A stretch of DNA of 62,624 nt, counting the filler, from Anaerolineae bacterium (lineage in GTDB: Bacteria > Chloroflexota > Anaerolineae > Epilineales > Epilineaceae): NCBI GenBank assembly GCA_029262755.1. It is 8 parts of 8 records of this genome, joined end to end, with 100 filler letters (N's around TTAATTAATTAA, not from the genome) between each part and the next. Parts side by side here need not be neighbours in the genome. Positions count along the whole stretch, not along the records: positions 39,742 to 47,185 come from JAJCYU010000134.1; positions 47,286 to 49,811 come from JAJCYU010000136.1; positions 49,912 to 58,420 come from JAJCYU010000140.1; 5 more parts are not named here. One strand, written 5' to 3'. Each line of letters begins with the position of its first letter. Position 1 is the stretch's first letter. Shown here in pieces: positions 44,897-55,829 of the stretch. Under the pieces are notes generated by a model. That model saw only the letters and a list, made by a program, of their open reading frames with translations, was not told where the DNA came from and did not search any database. Position numbers and translations under genes: made by a program.

Positions 44897-47185
44897 CTAC
44901 CGCGCCACGCTCGAGCGCGGGCGCGAAGTGGCCAGCACGGAACGCGGCGAGTCGTCGAGGGCAAGGGCCGCCCAAATGACGCCGGTGTGGGAGTAGGCCT
45001 GCGGCGTGTTGCCGAGGGACGCGCCCGATTCCGGATCGACCATCTCCGATAGCAGGCCCGTGGGGCCGGCCGTGCCGAGCATGCTGTCGAGCAGCTCGGC
45101 GGCATCGTCGTGGCGGCCGATGGCGACCCAGCTCTCCACGAGCCATGCCGCACAGATGTGAAAGCCGCCTTCCTCACCGCCGAAGCCGTCGTCGTAGCGA
45201 TAGCGGCGCACCGTGGGGCCGTCGCGGAGCGTGCGGGCTACGGCTTCGACCGTGCCGACGGCGCGCGGATCGTCCCGGGCAAGCAGGCCGCTGCGCACGA
45301 TCGATAGGACGGCGGCGTCGATGTCATCGCTGCCGTAGCAGACCGCGTAGGAATTGGCCGCTGCGCTCCAGCCGTGTTCGAGCACGTCGTCCGCGATCGC
45401 GGAGCGTAGCGGCGCCCACGCGTCCGGCGCCGGGCGACCCAGGTGTTCGGCGAGGCGGAGGGCGCGGTCCACGGCCACCCAGGCCATGACCTTGGAATGC
45501 ACGTGATGGCGCATGCGGTGGCGGTGTTCCCAGATGCCGGCATCTGGCTCCTGCCAGCGCGCCGCGACGGCTTCGACCAGCACGCCGATCATGCGCCACG
45601 TGTCTTCTTCGACGCTCGCGCCGCAAAGGGCCAACGTCCATGCGAGATCGACGATGGCGCCGGGGACGTCGATCTGCAGCTGCTCGGCTGCGGCGTTGCC
45701 GACCCGGACGGGTCGCGAGGCGGCGTAGCCGAGCAGATGGCCCAGCTCGCCCTCGACCAGCCACGTCTCGCCTTCGACGCCGTAGAGCGGCCGGATGTCG
45801 TGCGGCGAAGCGCCCTGCATCACGCCGCACATCCACCGCAGGAACGCTTCGCCTTCGCCCGTGGAGCCCAGGCGGGCGAGGGCGTCGCAGGCATACGCCG
45901 CGTCGCGCGGCCAGCAGTAGCGGTAGTCCCAGTTGCGTTCGCCGCCCAGAACCTCGGGCAGCGACGTGGTCGCGGCGGCGACGACCGCGCCGCTGGGCTC
46001 GTGGACGAGACCGCGCAGCACGAGGGCGCTCCAACGCACGGCGCGCGACCAACGGGCGGGCGCATCGAGCTCCGTGATGCCGCGGCGCCAGCCCTGCGCG
46101 ACCTGCTCCGCGTCGGCGACAGCGCCGTCCTTGGCGTGGCCGCAGCGCAGCAAGAGGCGTAAGGGCTCGGCACCGAGCACGACGTCCGCGACGGCCGTCT
46201 CGTAGGCCCCCTCCTGGTGGATCGCAAAGCGGCAGCCGGGGGCATCCAATCGCACGGGCGTCCGTCCGGCTTGGACGAACAGGACATCCCCTTCGACGCG
46301 CAGGCTCATCTCTTGGCGCGCGAAGTCCGGGCGCGGCGCGAACTCGATGCGGCAACGCGCGCCGGGACGGCGGGCACGCACCTCGCGGACCAGCACCGTG
46401 TCTTCGCCGTGTCCCGGCACGAGGTAGTCCACGACGGTGAGCTCCGGCCAGCTCGTCTCGAGCACGAGGGCATGGTCCGGGTAGCGCTGGTAGCCGCGGC
46501 CATCATGGATCGCGGGGCGCACTATGAAGCGGCCGGCCGTCGGTCCGCCCAGAAGGGAGGCGAATAACGCCGGGCGATCGAAGCGACCGGGGCACAGCCA
46601 GGTCACGGCGCCCTCCGGATCCACCAACGCGGCCGTGTGACGGTCCGAGAGGAAGCCGAGGGCGTCGATCGGCGTGCTTACCGCGGCGAGCACGCAGCGA
46701 CGCCGCGCCTCTACCAGCCGGACGAGAACTTCGGCCGCGGCATCCGGATCGTCCACCCTGTGTTGCGCCTCCGTCTGACCCGTACCCACCTTAACGCTTA
46801 CGTCGTGCATCCCCAACGCGCGAAACGCGTCCTCGTCGGTGCGGTCGTCGCCCATGTAGAGCACCGCCGTCGCGCCCAGTTCTCGGCGCAAGCGCCCCAG
46901 CGCATCGCCCTTGTGGGTGGTGATCACGCTCAGCTCGACGACCTTCTTGCCGCGACCCAGCCGCGGTCGCAGCGGCGCTTCGTTCGGTCGATCGACGAGG
47001 AGCGCAGGGCGAGCCGCGCGCAGGCGGCGCAGCGCCTCGGCCGCGCAAGCCCGGTCCGCGCGCCGGTAGTGGAGCGCGCTCGAGGCGTCTTTGTGCTCGA
47101 CCGATACACCCGGAAGACCGTCCGCAACGGAGTTCAGCGTTGCGCGAACTTGTTCGAGCAACGTGCGCTGCGCCTCGTCCAGGCG
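44897..47185 (-). CDS. Trehalose-6-phosphate phosphatase (HAD) fused to GH15 trehalase/glucoamylase-like domain, 5'-truncated
   Basis: VEHK..SALHYR, GKKVVE, KGDAL, GDDRTDEDAF (OtsB-like); TTSLPE, NWDYRYCWPRD, GIWE, LLSE, GNTPQAYSH (GH15). Confidence 0.92.
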   Translation of the reverse strand, partial: RLDEAQRTLLEQVRATLNSVADGLPGVSVEHKDASSALHYRRADRACAAEALRRLRAARPALLVDRPNEAPLRPRLGRGKKVVELSVITTHKGDALGRLRRELGATAVLYMGDDRTDEDAFRALGMHDVSVKVGTGQTEAQHRVDDPDAAAEVLVRLVEARRRCVLAAVSTPIDALGFLSDRHTAALVDPEGAVTWLCPGRFDRPALFASLLGGPTAGRFIVRPAIHDGRGYQRYPDHALVLETSWPELTVVDYLVPGHGEDTVLVREVRARRPGARCRIEFAPRPDFARQEMSLRVEGDVLFVQAGRTPVRLDAPGCRFAIHQEGAYETAVADVVLGAEPLRLLLRCGHAKDGAVADAEQVAQGWRRGITELDAPARWSRAVRWSALVLRGLVHEPSGAVVAAATTSLPEVLGGERNWDYRYCWPRDAAYACDALARLGSTGEGEAFLRWMCGVMQGASPHDIRPLYGVEGETWLVEGELGHLLGYAASRPVRVGNAAAEQLQIDVPGAIVDLAWTLALCGASVEEDTWRMIGVLVEAVAARWQEPDAGIWEHRHRMRHHVHSKVMAWVAVDRALRLAEHLGRPAPDAWAPLRSAIADDVLEHGWSAAANSYAVCYGSDDIDAAVLSIVRSGLLARDDPRAVGTVEAVARTLRDGPTVRRYRYDDGFGGEEGGFHICAAWLVESWVAIGRHDDAAELLDSMLGTAGPTGLLSEMVDPESGASLGNTPQAYSHTGVIWAALALDDSPRSVLATSRPRSSVAR

Positions 47186-47285
47186 NNNNNNNNNNNNNNN
47201 NNNNNNNNNNNNNNNNNNNNNNNNNNNNNTTAATTAATTAANNNNNNNNNNNNNNNNNNNNNNNNNNNNNNNNNNNNNNNNNNNN

Positions 47286-47669
47286 CGCGTATCCGTTTCC
47301 GACAACCAGCTCGTCCACGATGCCGCCCAGGAACTCGCTACGCGCCATCACCACGGGCGCGCGGCCGTCCTCGATGCGCACAACGAGCACGCGCGGGCCC
47401 TGCCCGACCACCCAGAGATCGCCCCAGACCGCAACCGCCCGTGTGGCGCCCCCGATCTGATCGACGTACTCCAGGCCACCGGAGGGCGCGGGCGCGGACT
47501 GCGCCCATGCACCGGGCGCCGGTAGCGCGCCGACCAATGCGGCGGCCAACACGAGCGCGAATATGGAGCGATGAAGGCTCCACGCGGCACGACGCGGCTC
47601 GCGCTCGCGGCGCAGTTGCGGCCACGTTGACGGGCTGCGATGCAACAGGGCGAAGGGTAGGATCCTCAT
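47286..47669 (-). CDS. Secreted LVIVD-type protein, N-terminal fragment (3'-truncated)
   Basis: ATG 47669 with GAGGTG RBS, signal peptide ending AWA-Q, then VDQIGG..AVAV.GD..VVGQGPRV. Confidence 0.7.
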
Positions 47670-47848
47670 GGGCGTCACCTCACATCGCTGCCGGTGCGAA
47701 CGGGTTCGGATCTCTGGACACGAGGGAGCCTGCGCGGGGGACGGCCGATGCGGCCTCCGACCAAGCTGAAGCGCGGTCCCTCCGCCCAAACGACCCCGCC
47801 AGGTGCAGCCGGAAAGGTGCAGCGGTAAACGGGCCCTACACGCCGGGG

Positions 47849-49811
47849 CTAGCGCGCGAAGAGCACGTGCGATCGACCGATCCACGGCAGATGGGCACGG
47901 TGAGCGCCCGTTCCCACCCGTACGCCCAGCTCCAACCCCACCGTCACCAGCCCCCCGTCTCCAGCCGCAACATAAATGCGGCCGTCGTCGCTTACAGCCA
48001 CGTCGTTCGCGCCGGCTAGGGCTGGTAGGCGTGCGACCTCGCGCGGCAAGGAGGGATCGCTGAGGTCGAATACGCTGAGCCCGTTCGGCCAGCCGATCGT
48101 GTAGACCCACGGCGGGTGGTAGGCCAGCACGAGCGGCTCCGCGCCGATATCGGCGGAGGGCAGCCAGTGCGGATCGAGAGGATCCGATATATCGGCGACC
48201 ATCAGGCGCCCGCCCGCCGTCGCCTTCACAGATGCGACGAGCACGTCGCCGGACACGGCCAAGCCCTCAACTTGTGGGCGATCGCCGGGCACGTCTAGCG
48301 TCGCGACCAGCGCGGGGCCGGCGCGGCGGTGGACGTCCACGATGCCGATCCGTTGGCCGATGGCGTCGGGGCTATAAGTGCCCGCGATATACGCATAACG
48401 CGGGCCAAGGGCGATCACGTGCCCGCTGCGCAAACCCAGCCGGTCCGCGGGCAGCAGATCGGCGACGATCGGCGCCGCGGGATCTGCGACGTCGATGATG
48501 AGTAGGGGGTCGGAGACAGGAGCGAGGAACGCCAGGCCGTCTCGTGTTGCGATCGCCTCGGCGGTGAACCGGACCGGGGCCCCGCTCAAGACCCTTCCGA
48601 ATTCGCGCGGCGCGTCTGGATTGGTCACATCGATTACGTGGACGATACCGGCATCGCGGTTCGCCACGATCACGCGCCCTTCGTCGACGGCAAGGCCCTT
48701 GCCTCGACCGTTCATCAGGTGCCGTCGCTCGCCGAGCTCGTGCAATCCGCCACGGGCGCGCGGAACTTCGCCCGACACGTCGACCACCTGCAGCGCGTAG
48801 TCCGCGCCGAGGTAGACGCGGTCACGCACAGTGGCGACCTGCTTCCACCATCCCGGCTCTCCGTAGCGCCCCTGCTCTTCCAAGAGTGCCGGCGCACGGA
48901 TGCCGCGGCCCCCGTCCTCGGACACGGTCGGTCCCCACACCGAGACGCCCAGGTCATGCACGGCGACTAGGCGCCCGTCGCCCAGCACCGCGAGGTCGCG
49001 TGGCTGGCCCGGTCCCGTTCCACGGCCGAGGTGCGCAAGACCGCTCCCGTCGGCGCTTCGACCGACCACGAGCGGATGACCAATACGGCCGACGGGCATA
49101 TCGAGCAACCACATTCCGACCAGTGCGCGCCCTCCGACCGCGCGCAGGTGCAAAACACGCGCGCCGGAGATCCCGACATCCCCGACGAATTCGGGCATCT
49201 CGGGCTTCTCGCGAATGGTCGCCAGATCGTAGGCCCGCAGCCATTGAGAGTTGGGTCGCGACCGTGGACTTCTGGGCTCGGGACTCGCCGCGGCGATCCA
49301 GAGCAACCCGTGCTCGTCGTCGACCGCAACGGCGCCGGCATTCGTCAGCGACAGCGCGCCGGCAATACGCGGCGCCGCCGGGTTCTGGAGATCGAGCACC
49401 CAGGGGACGCCGTTCTTTTGCAGGTCGGCGGAATCGCCGATGACGTACAGGTATCGACCCTCCTGTGCGAAGGCCAGATCCGCCTCGGTGCCCGGCACGT
49501 CAAACATGCCGACCACAACCGGACCCCCCGGCGCATCCAAGTCCACGATCACCCCGCCGCTGTTCGTCCCATCGAGCACGGCCGCAAACCGCCCCGCCAC
49601 GGATAGGTGCTTCGCGCCGCTGCGAATCGCCACCCGCGCAGTCACGACCGGCCGCAACGGATCCGCGAGGTCGAGCACGATGAGCCGCCCGTCGATGGTC
49701 GCCACGAGCCGTTCGCCCACCCGCTCGAGATCGAACACGCTCTCGCGCAGCAGCGGCACGAGCGGCGGCGTTTCGAACACACGGACGGGATCACCGACCG
49801 GCGGCACGCGC
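47849..49811 (-). CDS. LVIVD-repeat beta-propeller protein, 5'-truncated
   Basis: Repeated LxVxDxxxPxxP units (LIVLDLADPLRP, VIDVTNPDAP, LSVFDLSDPSLP); C-terminal AHLPWIGR. Confidence 0.85.
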
Positions 49812-49997
49812 NNNNNNNNNNNNNNNNNNNNNNNNNNNNNNNNNNNNNNNNNNNNTTAATTAATTAANNNNNNNNNNNNNNNNNNNNNNNNNNNNNNNNN
49901 NNNNNNNNNNNGGACGCAAATTACGACCCAGCGCACCGGCATTGTCTGTCACATCACGTTCCGCTACAAGCAGATCTAGCCGAGTTCCGACCTGCGG

Positions 49998-52900
49998 CTA
50001 GCCGCCCAGCACACGCGCGACGACCCCCCGCCACGCTTCATCCGGCGGGGGGTCGTCCGCTTTTTGCGAGGCGGCGTGCCTGCTCTTCGCCGCGTCCTTC
50101 GCACGATCGGCCCGCCCGTCGACGTGGCCGGCACCAGCATGCGGCTCCATACCGGCACCCGCCCCAGCATCGGCCCCGGATGAATCCACGGTCGTCCGAT
50201 CCGCGGCGTCGTCGCGGTCGCCGCTTCCGGACTGTGCTTGCTCCTCTTCGCCCCGCGCCCCCTCCAGCCCCGCCGCTCGCAGCGCCCGGTCCATTGCGGC
50301 CGTCTGATGGGCCGGTCGTGGGCAGCCGAGGCGTGCGCGCAGTTCGTGCGCGCAAAGCACCGCGTCCTTTGCGAGAGCGGTGTCGCCCTCCGCGGCCAGG
50401 CATTCCGCCCACGCCTCCAAGCTCTCGGCAATGCCGACGCGCGCCGCGATACCCGCCCGGTAGCGCAGGCTGCGTTCGAGAAGGGGGCGCGCCTGTTGCG
50501 GGTCGCCACTGCGCACGTATGCGACGGCGAGGCACTTCTGGATGCCCGAGCTTTCGAAGGCCAATCCGCCTGAGCGCGCCAAACGGAGCGCGCGGCGTAA
50601 GAGTGCTTCCGCCTCCGCCAGCCGTCCGCGGTCAAACGCAAGCTCGCCCTGGAATCGCAAGGTGCTCACGATACAGCCGTGGTTCTCAACCTCGCGGGCG
50701 CGAGACAGCGCTGCCGCATAGTGGGCCGCTGCCTCGTCGAGGCGGCCCGCCCAGTGGGCCGCGAAACCGGCCTGCTGGATCAGCTCCGGTTCCATGAACG
50801 CCTCGCCGTGGCCGTCGAGGGCCACGGTTGCGCGTTCCAGAAGTAGCGCCGCGCGATCGAAATCTCCGCAATGGGTGCGCTCCATCGCTCGAAGGACGTG
50901 AGCTTGCGCGATCATGGTCGGCTGCTCGCCTTCCTCCGCGATCTCAAGTAGTTCTTCCACCGACGAGGCGAAGCGGCGCTTGTCGTCGAGCAGCATGCAA
51001 ATGCCGGCGATCACACCGAGGGTGGTGGTCATGCTGAGCACGTCGCCCGTCGACCGCTTGATCTCGAGACTCTCCTCGAGCACCGGCAGTGCGCGCGCAT
51101 AGTCTCCAAGACGGTATGCCACATTGGCGAGATTGTTGATGGTGTACGCGGCCTGCCGGCTGTCGCCCAGCTCCCTGCGGATGGCCAGCGCCTGCTCGAG
51201 AAAGCGCAGGGCGTCTTCCGAATGTCCCATGTAATCGGCCAATGTACCCGCGCCGTGCAGAGCGAGGGCATGTTCCGCGCTGCGGTCCGAGGGGTCGATG
51301 GCCCGGAGGAAGCGCTCTGCGTGGCCGCGCCCTTCTGCAAGCTGGCCGCGCTCGAACCAATAGCGCCACAACGCGCCCGCCAGGCGCAGTCCTTTGGACA
51401 GCTCGCTCTGTCGGTCCAGCCAATCCAGCGCCGCGCGGATGTTGTCGCGCTCGTCGTCGAGCAGGCGCAGCCACTGTGCTTGCACGGGCCCCGGTCGGAT
51501 TTCCTCCAACGCTTCTTCGCCAAGGTGAAGGAAGTGCTCGGCATGGCGCACTCCGAGCGCAATCCGCGCCTCTTCATCGGCCACTTCGTCCAGACGCTCA
51601 CGCCCGTACTCGCGTAGCGTCTCCAGCGCGCGATAGCGTGGCTGGGGACGCCCGTGCACGGCGCGCATCATGGCCGCGTCGCACAGCGTGGTCAGATGCG
51701 CGAGTGGGTCGGGCTGGTCGCATACCGCGTGCAGCGCATCGAGCGTGAAGCCGCCGTGGAATACGGAGGCCTCCGCAAACAGCGCGCGGGCCTCCGTCGG
51801 CAAGAGGCTCCAGCTTGCGTCCAGCACGGCATGCAGGCTGCGATGTCGTTCTGGTAGATCGCGCCGCGCGGGTCGGCCGTCTCGTTCGCCGTCGAGCAGC
51901 TGAAAGCGGTCGGCGAGCAAGGAAAGCATTTGCTGCGGACTCAGGACGTTCGCTTGGGCCGCGGCGAGCTCGATGGCCAGCGGGATGCCTTCCAGCTGGA
52001 CGCAGAGTTCCGTGATTGCATCCATGTGCGCATCGGCGTCGAACCCGCGCCATGCGAGCCGCGCGCGGTCTACAAAGAGTGCGACGGCGCCTTCGGCGTC
52101 CGGTTGACCAGCCGTCCCGTCCGAGGGAGGTTCCCCCGCGGTCTGCGCATCCGAAACCGACGTGCCGGCGAGATCGCTCTTGGTATAGGGTAGGCCCATG
52201 TCCCCCGTCACGACGCCCTCGACGGGCAGCGGGTCTAAGGCGAAGACGTGCTCGTCCTGCAAACGCAGCACGTTTCGCGACGTAACGAGGATTCGGACCG
52301 TCGGTACGGCGTCGAGCAGCGTGTTGACGAGAGCAGCGACGGCGTCTACGACTTGCTCCGCGTTGTCGATCAACAACAGCGTCGGCTGCTCCTCCAATGC
52401 CTTGATGGCCGCAGCGAGCGGGTCGCCCGTCGCGGTTCGGGGACCGGCGAGTGCTTCGAACACGGTATGGGGAAGCACGGAGGCATTGACCACGGCGCTG
52501 AGATCCACCCAGCGCGCGACGAGGTTCATCGTATCCGCCAGTGTTTCCGCGACTCGCAGCGCCAACCGAGTCTTGCCGATGCCGCCCGTGCCGTGCAGCG
52601 TCACGAGCCGCGCCTGCTCATCGACGAAGGCCGAACGAATCGCGGTCCGCTCGCCTGTCCGTCCAAAGAATCGGTCGCGGGGGCGTGGTGGCGCGAGGGG
52701 ATTGCTGTTGCCGAGGACCGGGAACGCCGATCGCCGCGTCCGTTGGGAGCGCAACGTGAAGAGCTCATGGACCGCTTCGCTCTGCGGAAGCGTCGCACGC
52801 CCGGCATGGTCGAGCCAGAGGCTGTAGGGCAGGCTGTCTTCCGCCAGATAGCGCGCTACGTCGCTGACCAAGATCTGGCCGGCCGCTGCTAGCCGGCACA

Positions 52901-54434
52901 TCGCTACGGCTTGCGCGCCCACATGTCCGACGTAGCCACCATGTGGGTTCGGCCGAGCGTCGCCGACGTGGATGCCTGCGTGCAGCACGATCGGATGGCG
53001 CATGCCGCTGAGCGAACCGGCGAATTCCTCGGCCGCCTCCATGGCGTCGACGGTCAGGTGGAAGGCGCAGACGATGAGCCGGTCATCCTCTTGCGTCAGG
53101 GTCGTGCCGCCGAGCTGGCGCGCAAGCTGGTTGAGCATCGCGCGCGCTACCTTCCGCCCGTCTGTTCGCCCGTCAGTGCGACCCGTTGTGTCGGCGCGTA
53201 GACCTGTGCCATCGGTAGCCTCAACGGTGGCACCATCGGTTGAGGCTTCGGCCGAATCGAGCGGCTGTTCGAGCCGCGCCGCGAGGAATGCCACCGTACC
53301 GGTAGGACCGGTATGGACCGGCTCGTGACGCCCGAGGCCGTGCGGCGATGGCTCTCGCACGGCGCCCGTAGCCGCGCCACCCGAACGGATCCTGGCGGCC
53401 AGCGCGCGCGCATCGTCAGATAGCGGAAGTCCGGCCTCCTCTCGCGTGTTGCGCAGCTCCTCATACACCTTCAACGCACCCGGGCCGTCGCCGAGGCCGA
53501 GCAGGGCATGCATCAGGGCAAGGCAGGGCCATTCGCTCTCTGGATCGGAGGCGCGCGCCTCGCTCGCGACAGCAAGCAGGGCTTCCGCGGCCTCGTGTGC
53601 CTCGTGGATCTCGCATAGCGCGCGCAGCACAGTGAGGTATTCGCGCTCCAGCTCCGCGCGACGCTGATCGATCCATTCCCATTCGTCGAGTCCGTGCAGA
53701 AAGGGGCCGCCATAGGCGGCGTGAGCACGAAGCCACGCGGCCTCACGGGCCTCGGGCGCCTGCGCGGCGCGGGCCTTTGCAATGGCCTTCTGAAACTCCT
53801 GGACGTCGGTCACCACGCGATCCGCACGCAGCGATGCGTGGTGCGCAGCGTGGGCGTAGGGCTCGTCAAGGCGCGGGTCGTCCGTCGGTCCCGTAACGGC
53901 TCGGCGTCGCGTGCCGAGCAGGAACTTTTTGAGCCGGGTGAGCTCCTGGCGAAGCGCGCCGTCGCCGTGGCTGTCCGGCCAGAACTGCTCGACCAGCCAT
54001 TTTCGCGAAACCTGGTGCCCCACCCGATCCGCAAGGGCGCCGAGCAGCAGCCGTTCCTTGGTGGTCTCGAATTCGGTGAGCCGTTCACCAAAGCGCCGAA
54101 CGGCGACATCGCCGAGGAGCTGGACGTGCCAGCGATCATCCTCGGCGGGGTCGCGATCGGGCGCGATTGCCGTGTTCTTGTCAGACTCGACGTCGGTCAC
54201 GCAATGGCCTTGCTCGAGAATCGGTCCGAAGACCGGGGGCATCTCGGGTGGCGGCCGTTGCGTGATGAGGGGGCGCCCCGTGAACGGGACGGCGAACCCT
54301 GGACGATGTGCGGGGGCGGACGCCAAGCTGGAAGGTATCCCGCGATCGCTCGACGCGCAAGCACTGTTTCCTGCATGCGTTGTTGGGCGGAGCGTCGCGG
54401 CCCAGGCATGCTTGTTCGGTCTCGCATCTTCCAT
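49998..54434 (-). CDS. AfsR/SARP-type regulator: wHTH-BTAD, degenerate cyclase-like domain, STAND ATPase, TPR
   Basis: VQLLG, YGGPFL.G, DPESE..LM (BTAD); GTGGIGKT, LIDNAEQ, VTSR, LEGIPLAIELAAA, LETLREY; TPRs. True start may be GTG 54200. Confidence 0.9.
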   Translation of the reverse strand: MEDARPNKHAWAATLRPTTHAGNSACASSDRGIPSSLASAPAHRPGFAVPFTGRPLITQRPPPEMPPVFGPILEQGHCVTDVESDKNTAIAPDRDPAEDDRWHVQLLGDVAVRRFGERLTEFETTKERLLLGALADRVGHQVSRKWLVEQFWPDSHGDGALRQELTRLKKFLLGTRRRAVTGPTDDPRLDEPYAHAAHHASLRADRVVTDVQEFQKAIAKARAAQAPEAREAAWLRAHAAYGGPFLHGLDEWEWIDQRRAELEREYLTVLRALCEIHEAHEAAEALLAVASEARASDPESEWPCLALMHALLGLGDGPGALKVYEELRNTREEAGLPLSDDARALAARIRSGGAATGAVREPSPHGLGRHEPVHTGPTGTVAFLAARLEQPLDSAEASTDGATVEATDGTGLRADTTGRTDGRTDGRKVARAMLNQLARQLGGTTLTQEDDRLIVCAFHLTVDAMEAAEEFAGSLSGMRHPIVLHAGIHVGDARPNPHGGYVGHVGAQAVAMCRLAAAGQILVSDVARYLAEDSLPYSLWLDHAGRATLPQSEAVHELFTLRSQRTRRSAFPVLGNSNPLAPPRPRDRFFGRTGERTAIRSAFVDEQARLVTLHGTGGIGKTRLALRVAETLADTMNLVARWVDLSAVVNASVLPHTVFEALAGPRTATGDPLAAAIKALEEQPTLLLIDNAEQVVDAVAALVNTLLDAVPTVRILVTSRNVLRLQDEHVFALDPLPVEGVVTGDMGLPYTKSDLAGTSVSDAQTAGEPPSDGTAGQPDAEGAVALFVDRARLAWRGFDADAHMDAITELCVQLEGIPLAIELAAAQANVLSPQQMLSLLADRFQLLDGERDGRPARRDLPERHRSLHAVLDASWSLLPTEARALFAEASVFHGGFTLDALHAVCDQPDPLAHLTTLCDAAMMRAVHGRPQPRYRALETLREYGRERLDEVADEEARIALGVRHAEHFLHLGEEALEEIRPGPVQAQWLRLLDDERDNIRAALDWLDRQSELSKGLRLAGALWRYWFERGQLAEGRGHAERFLRAIDPSDRSAEHALALHGAGTLADYMGHSEDALRFLEQALAIRRELGDSRQAAYTINNLANVAYRLGDYARALPVLEESLEIKRSTGDVLSMTTTLGVIAGICMLLDDKRRFASSVEELLEIAEEGEQPTMIAQAHVLRAMERTHCGDFDRAALLLERATVALDGHGEAFMEPELIQQAGFAAHWAGRLDEAAAHYAAALSRAREVENHGCIVSTLRFQGELAFDRGRLAEAEALLRRALRLARSGGLAFESSGIQKCLAVAYVRSGDPQQARPLLERSLRYRAGIAARVGIAESLEAWAECLAAEGDTALAKDAVLCAHELRARLGCPRPAHQTAAMDRALRAAGLEGARGEEEQAQSGSGDRDDAADRTTVDSSGADAGAGAGMEPHAGAGHVDGRADRAKDAAKSRHAASQKADDPPPDEAWRGVVARVLGG

Positions 54435-54563
54435 GCACCGTGAATCGCGAATCGCACCATAATTTGCGAAGCAAATGCGATCGATGCTGATGGCCTCAAT
54501 CCCCCACGAAGCCCGGCCTCCGAACTAAGCCCGGCCTCCGAGCCGTACACCGAGGAAACCTCC

Positions 54564-55829
54564 ATGCATGACGTCGTCACCATCGCAGGCTCGCCCACCG
54601 ATCAGGGCCTCGCGCACGGCCGCGCCGCGCGCGCGCTCGTTCACGAGAACATCGAGGTCTACTTCCGCCGCTTCGCCGTCGAGGGCGGGCTGGACCGCGC
54701 GACGACGCTTGCGCGTGCCGACCTGCTCTGGCGCCGCATGCAGGACGCGCATCCGGACTACGCGGCCATGGTGCGCGGCGTCGCCGAAGGCGCGGGCGCC
54801 GATCTGGCCGAGATCGCGGCGCTCAACGTACGCTACGAGATTCTCTACTCGGCCTTCACCGAGCGCGCGATGGCCGACGGCTGCACGGCGTTCGCCGCCC
54901 TGCCCGAAGCCACGGCAAACGGCCACACCCTGATCGGCCAGAACTGGGACTGGATCCCCGAGGCCCGCGGCATCGTGCTGCATGCCGTGGAGCCCAACGG
55001 CCACGCGCGGCTGTGCTTCACGGAGGCCGGCATCGTGGGCGGCAAAATCGGGCTCAACGACGCCGGTCTGGGGCTGGTCATCAACGGCATGACCTCCACC
55101 AACGACCGCTGGGACCGCGACGCGACGCCCTTTCACGTCCGCTGCTGGCAGGTGCTCGGAGAACGTAGCCTGGAAGCGGCCATCGGCCGCATCGAAGCCG
55201 GCGAGCGCCCGTGCGCGGCGAACTTCCTCGTCGCGATGGCGCGCAATGGGGAGGCATCGGGCGGTGGAGTGCATGGCGAAACAGACGGTACCGCGATCGG
55301 CGACGAGCATGGCAATCCAGCGGATGGCAGGATCAACGGCGACGCGAACACCAAGCGAAACGGTTCGTTGCCCGAGTCAGCCTATGACATCGAGACCGTG
55401 CCGCTCGCCTGCCACCGCATCGCGCCGGACGGCGGCCTGCTCGTGCATGCCAACAACCTGCTCCACGCCGCCGAGCTCGGCGCGATCGAGCCGCCGAACC
55501 CACGGCGGCATCTGTCCATTCACCGGCGTGATCGTCTGGCCGAGATCCTCGAGGCGCACCGTGGTTCGTTGACGGCCGAAACCCTGCGCACGCATCTGCT
55601 CGACCACGACGGCAGGCCGAACTCCGTGTGCCGCCACCCCGAAACGGATACTGAAGGTGTCTTCCCCTACGAGACGGTGACGTCCGTCATCATGGATCTC
55701 GACGAGCGCGCCCTATGGCTCTCCGAAGGGCCGCCCTGCACCAACGGCTACCGATCGCTGCAACTACGCGGCGCGCAGGTGCACGACGAGGGGATGGTGG
55801 GGACAGACGCGCCGCGATCGCCCGCGTGA
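54564..55829 (+). CDS. C45 family autoproteolytic Ntn-hydrolase (acyl-CoA:6-APA acyltransferase-like)
   Basis: LNVRYE, DG|CT cleavage site, GQNWDW, IGLN..GL, HAN, SVCRH, GPPC; GAGGA RBS. Confidence 0.9.
   Translation: MHDVVTIAGSPTDQGLAHGRAARALVHENIEVYFRRFAVEGGLDRATTLARADLLWRRMQDAHPDYAAMVRGVAEGAGADLAEIAALNVRYEILYSAFTERAMADGCTAFAALPEATANGHTLIGQNWDWIPEARGIVLHAVEPNGHARLCFTEAGIVGGKIGLNDAGLGLVINGMTSTNDRWDRDATPFHVRCWQVLGERSLEAAIGRIEAGERPCAANFLVAMARNGEASGGGVHGETDGTAIGDEHGNPADGRINGDANTKRNGSLPESAYDIETVPLACHRIAPDGGLLVHANNLLHAAELGAIEPPNPRRHLSIHRRDRLAEILEAHRGSLTAETLRTHLLDHDGRPNSVCRHPETDTEGVFPYETVTSVIMDLDERALWLSEGPPCTNGYRSLQLRGAQVHDEGMVGTDAPRSPA

Noticed and set aside
49998..54434. STAND ATPase as an Avs-type antiphage system
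   Set aside because: Architecture is wHTH-BTAD-ATPase-TPR of AfsR-like regulators with no nuclease, TIR, SIR2 or protease effector.
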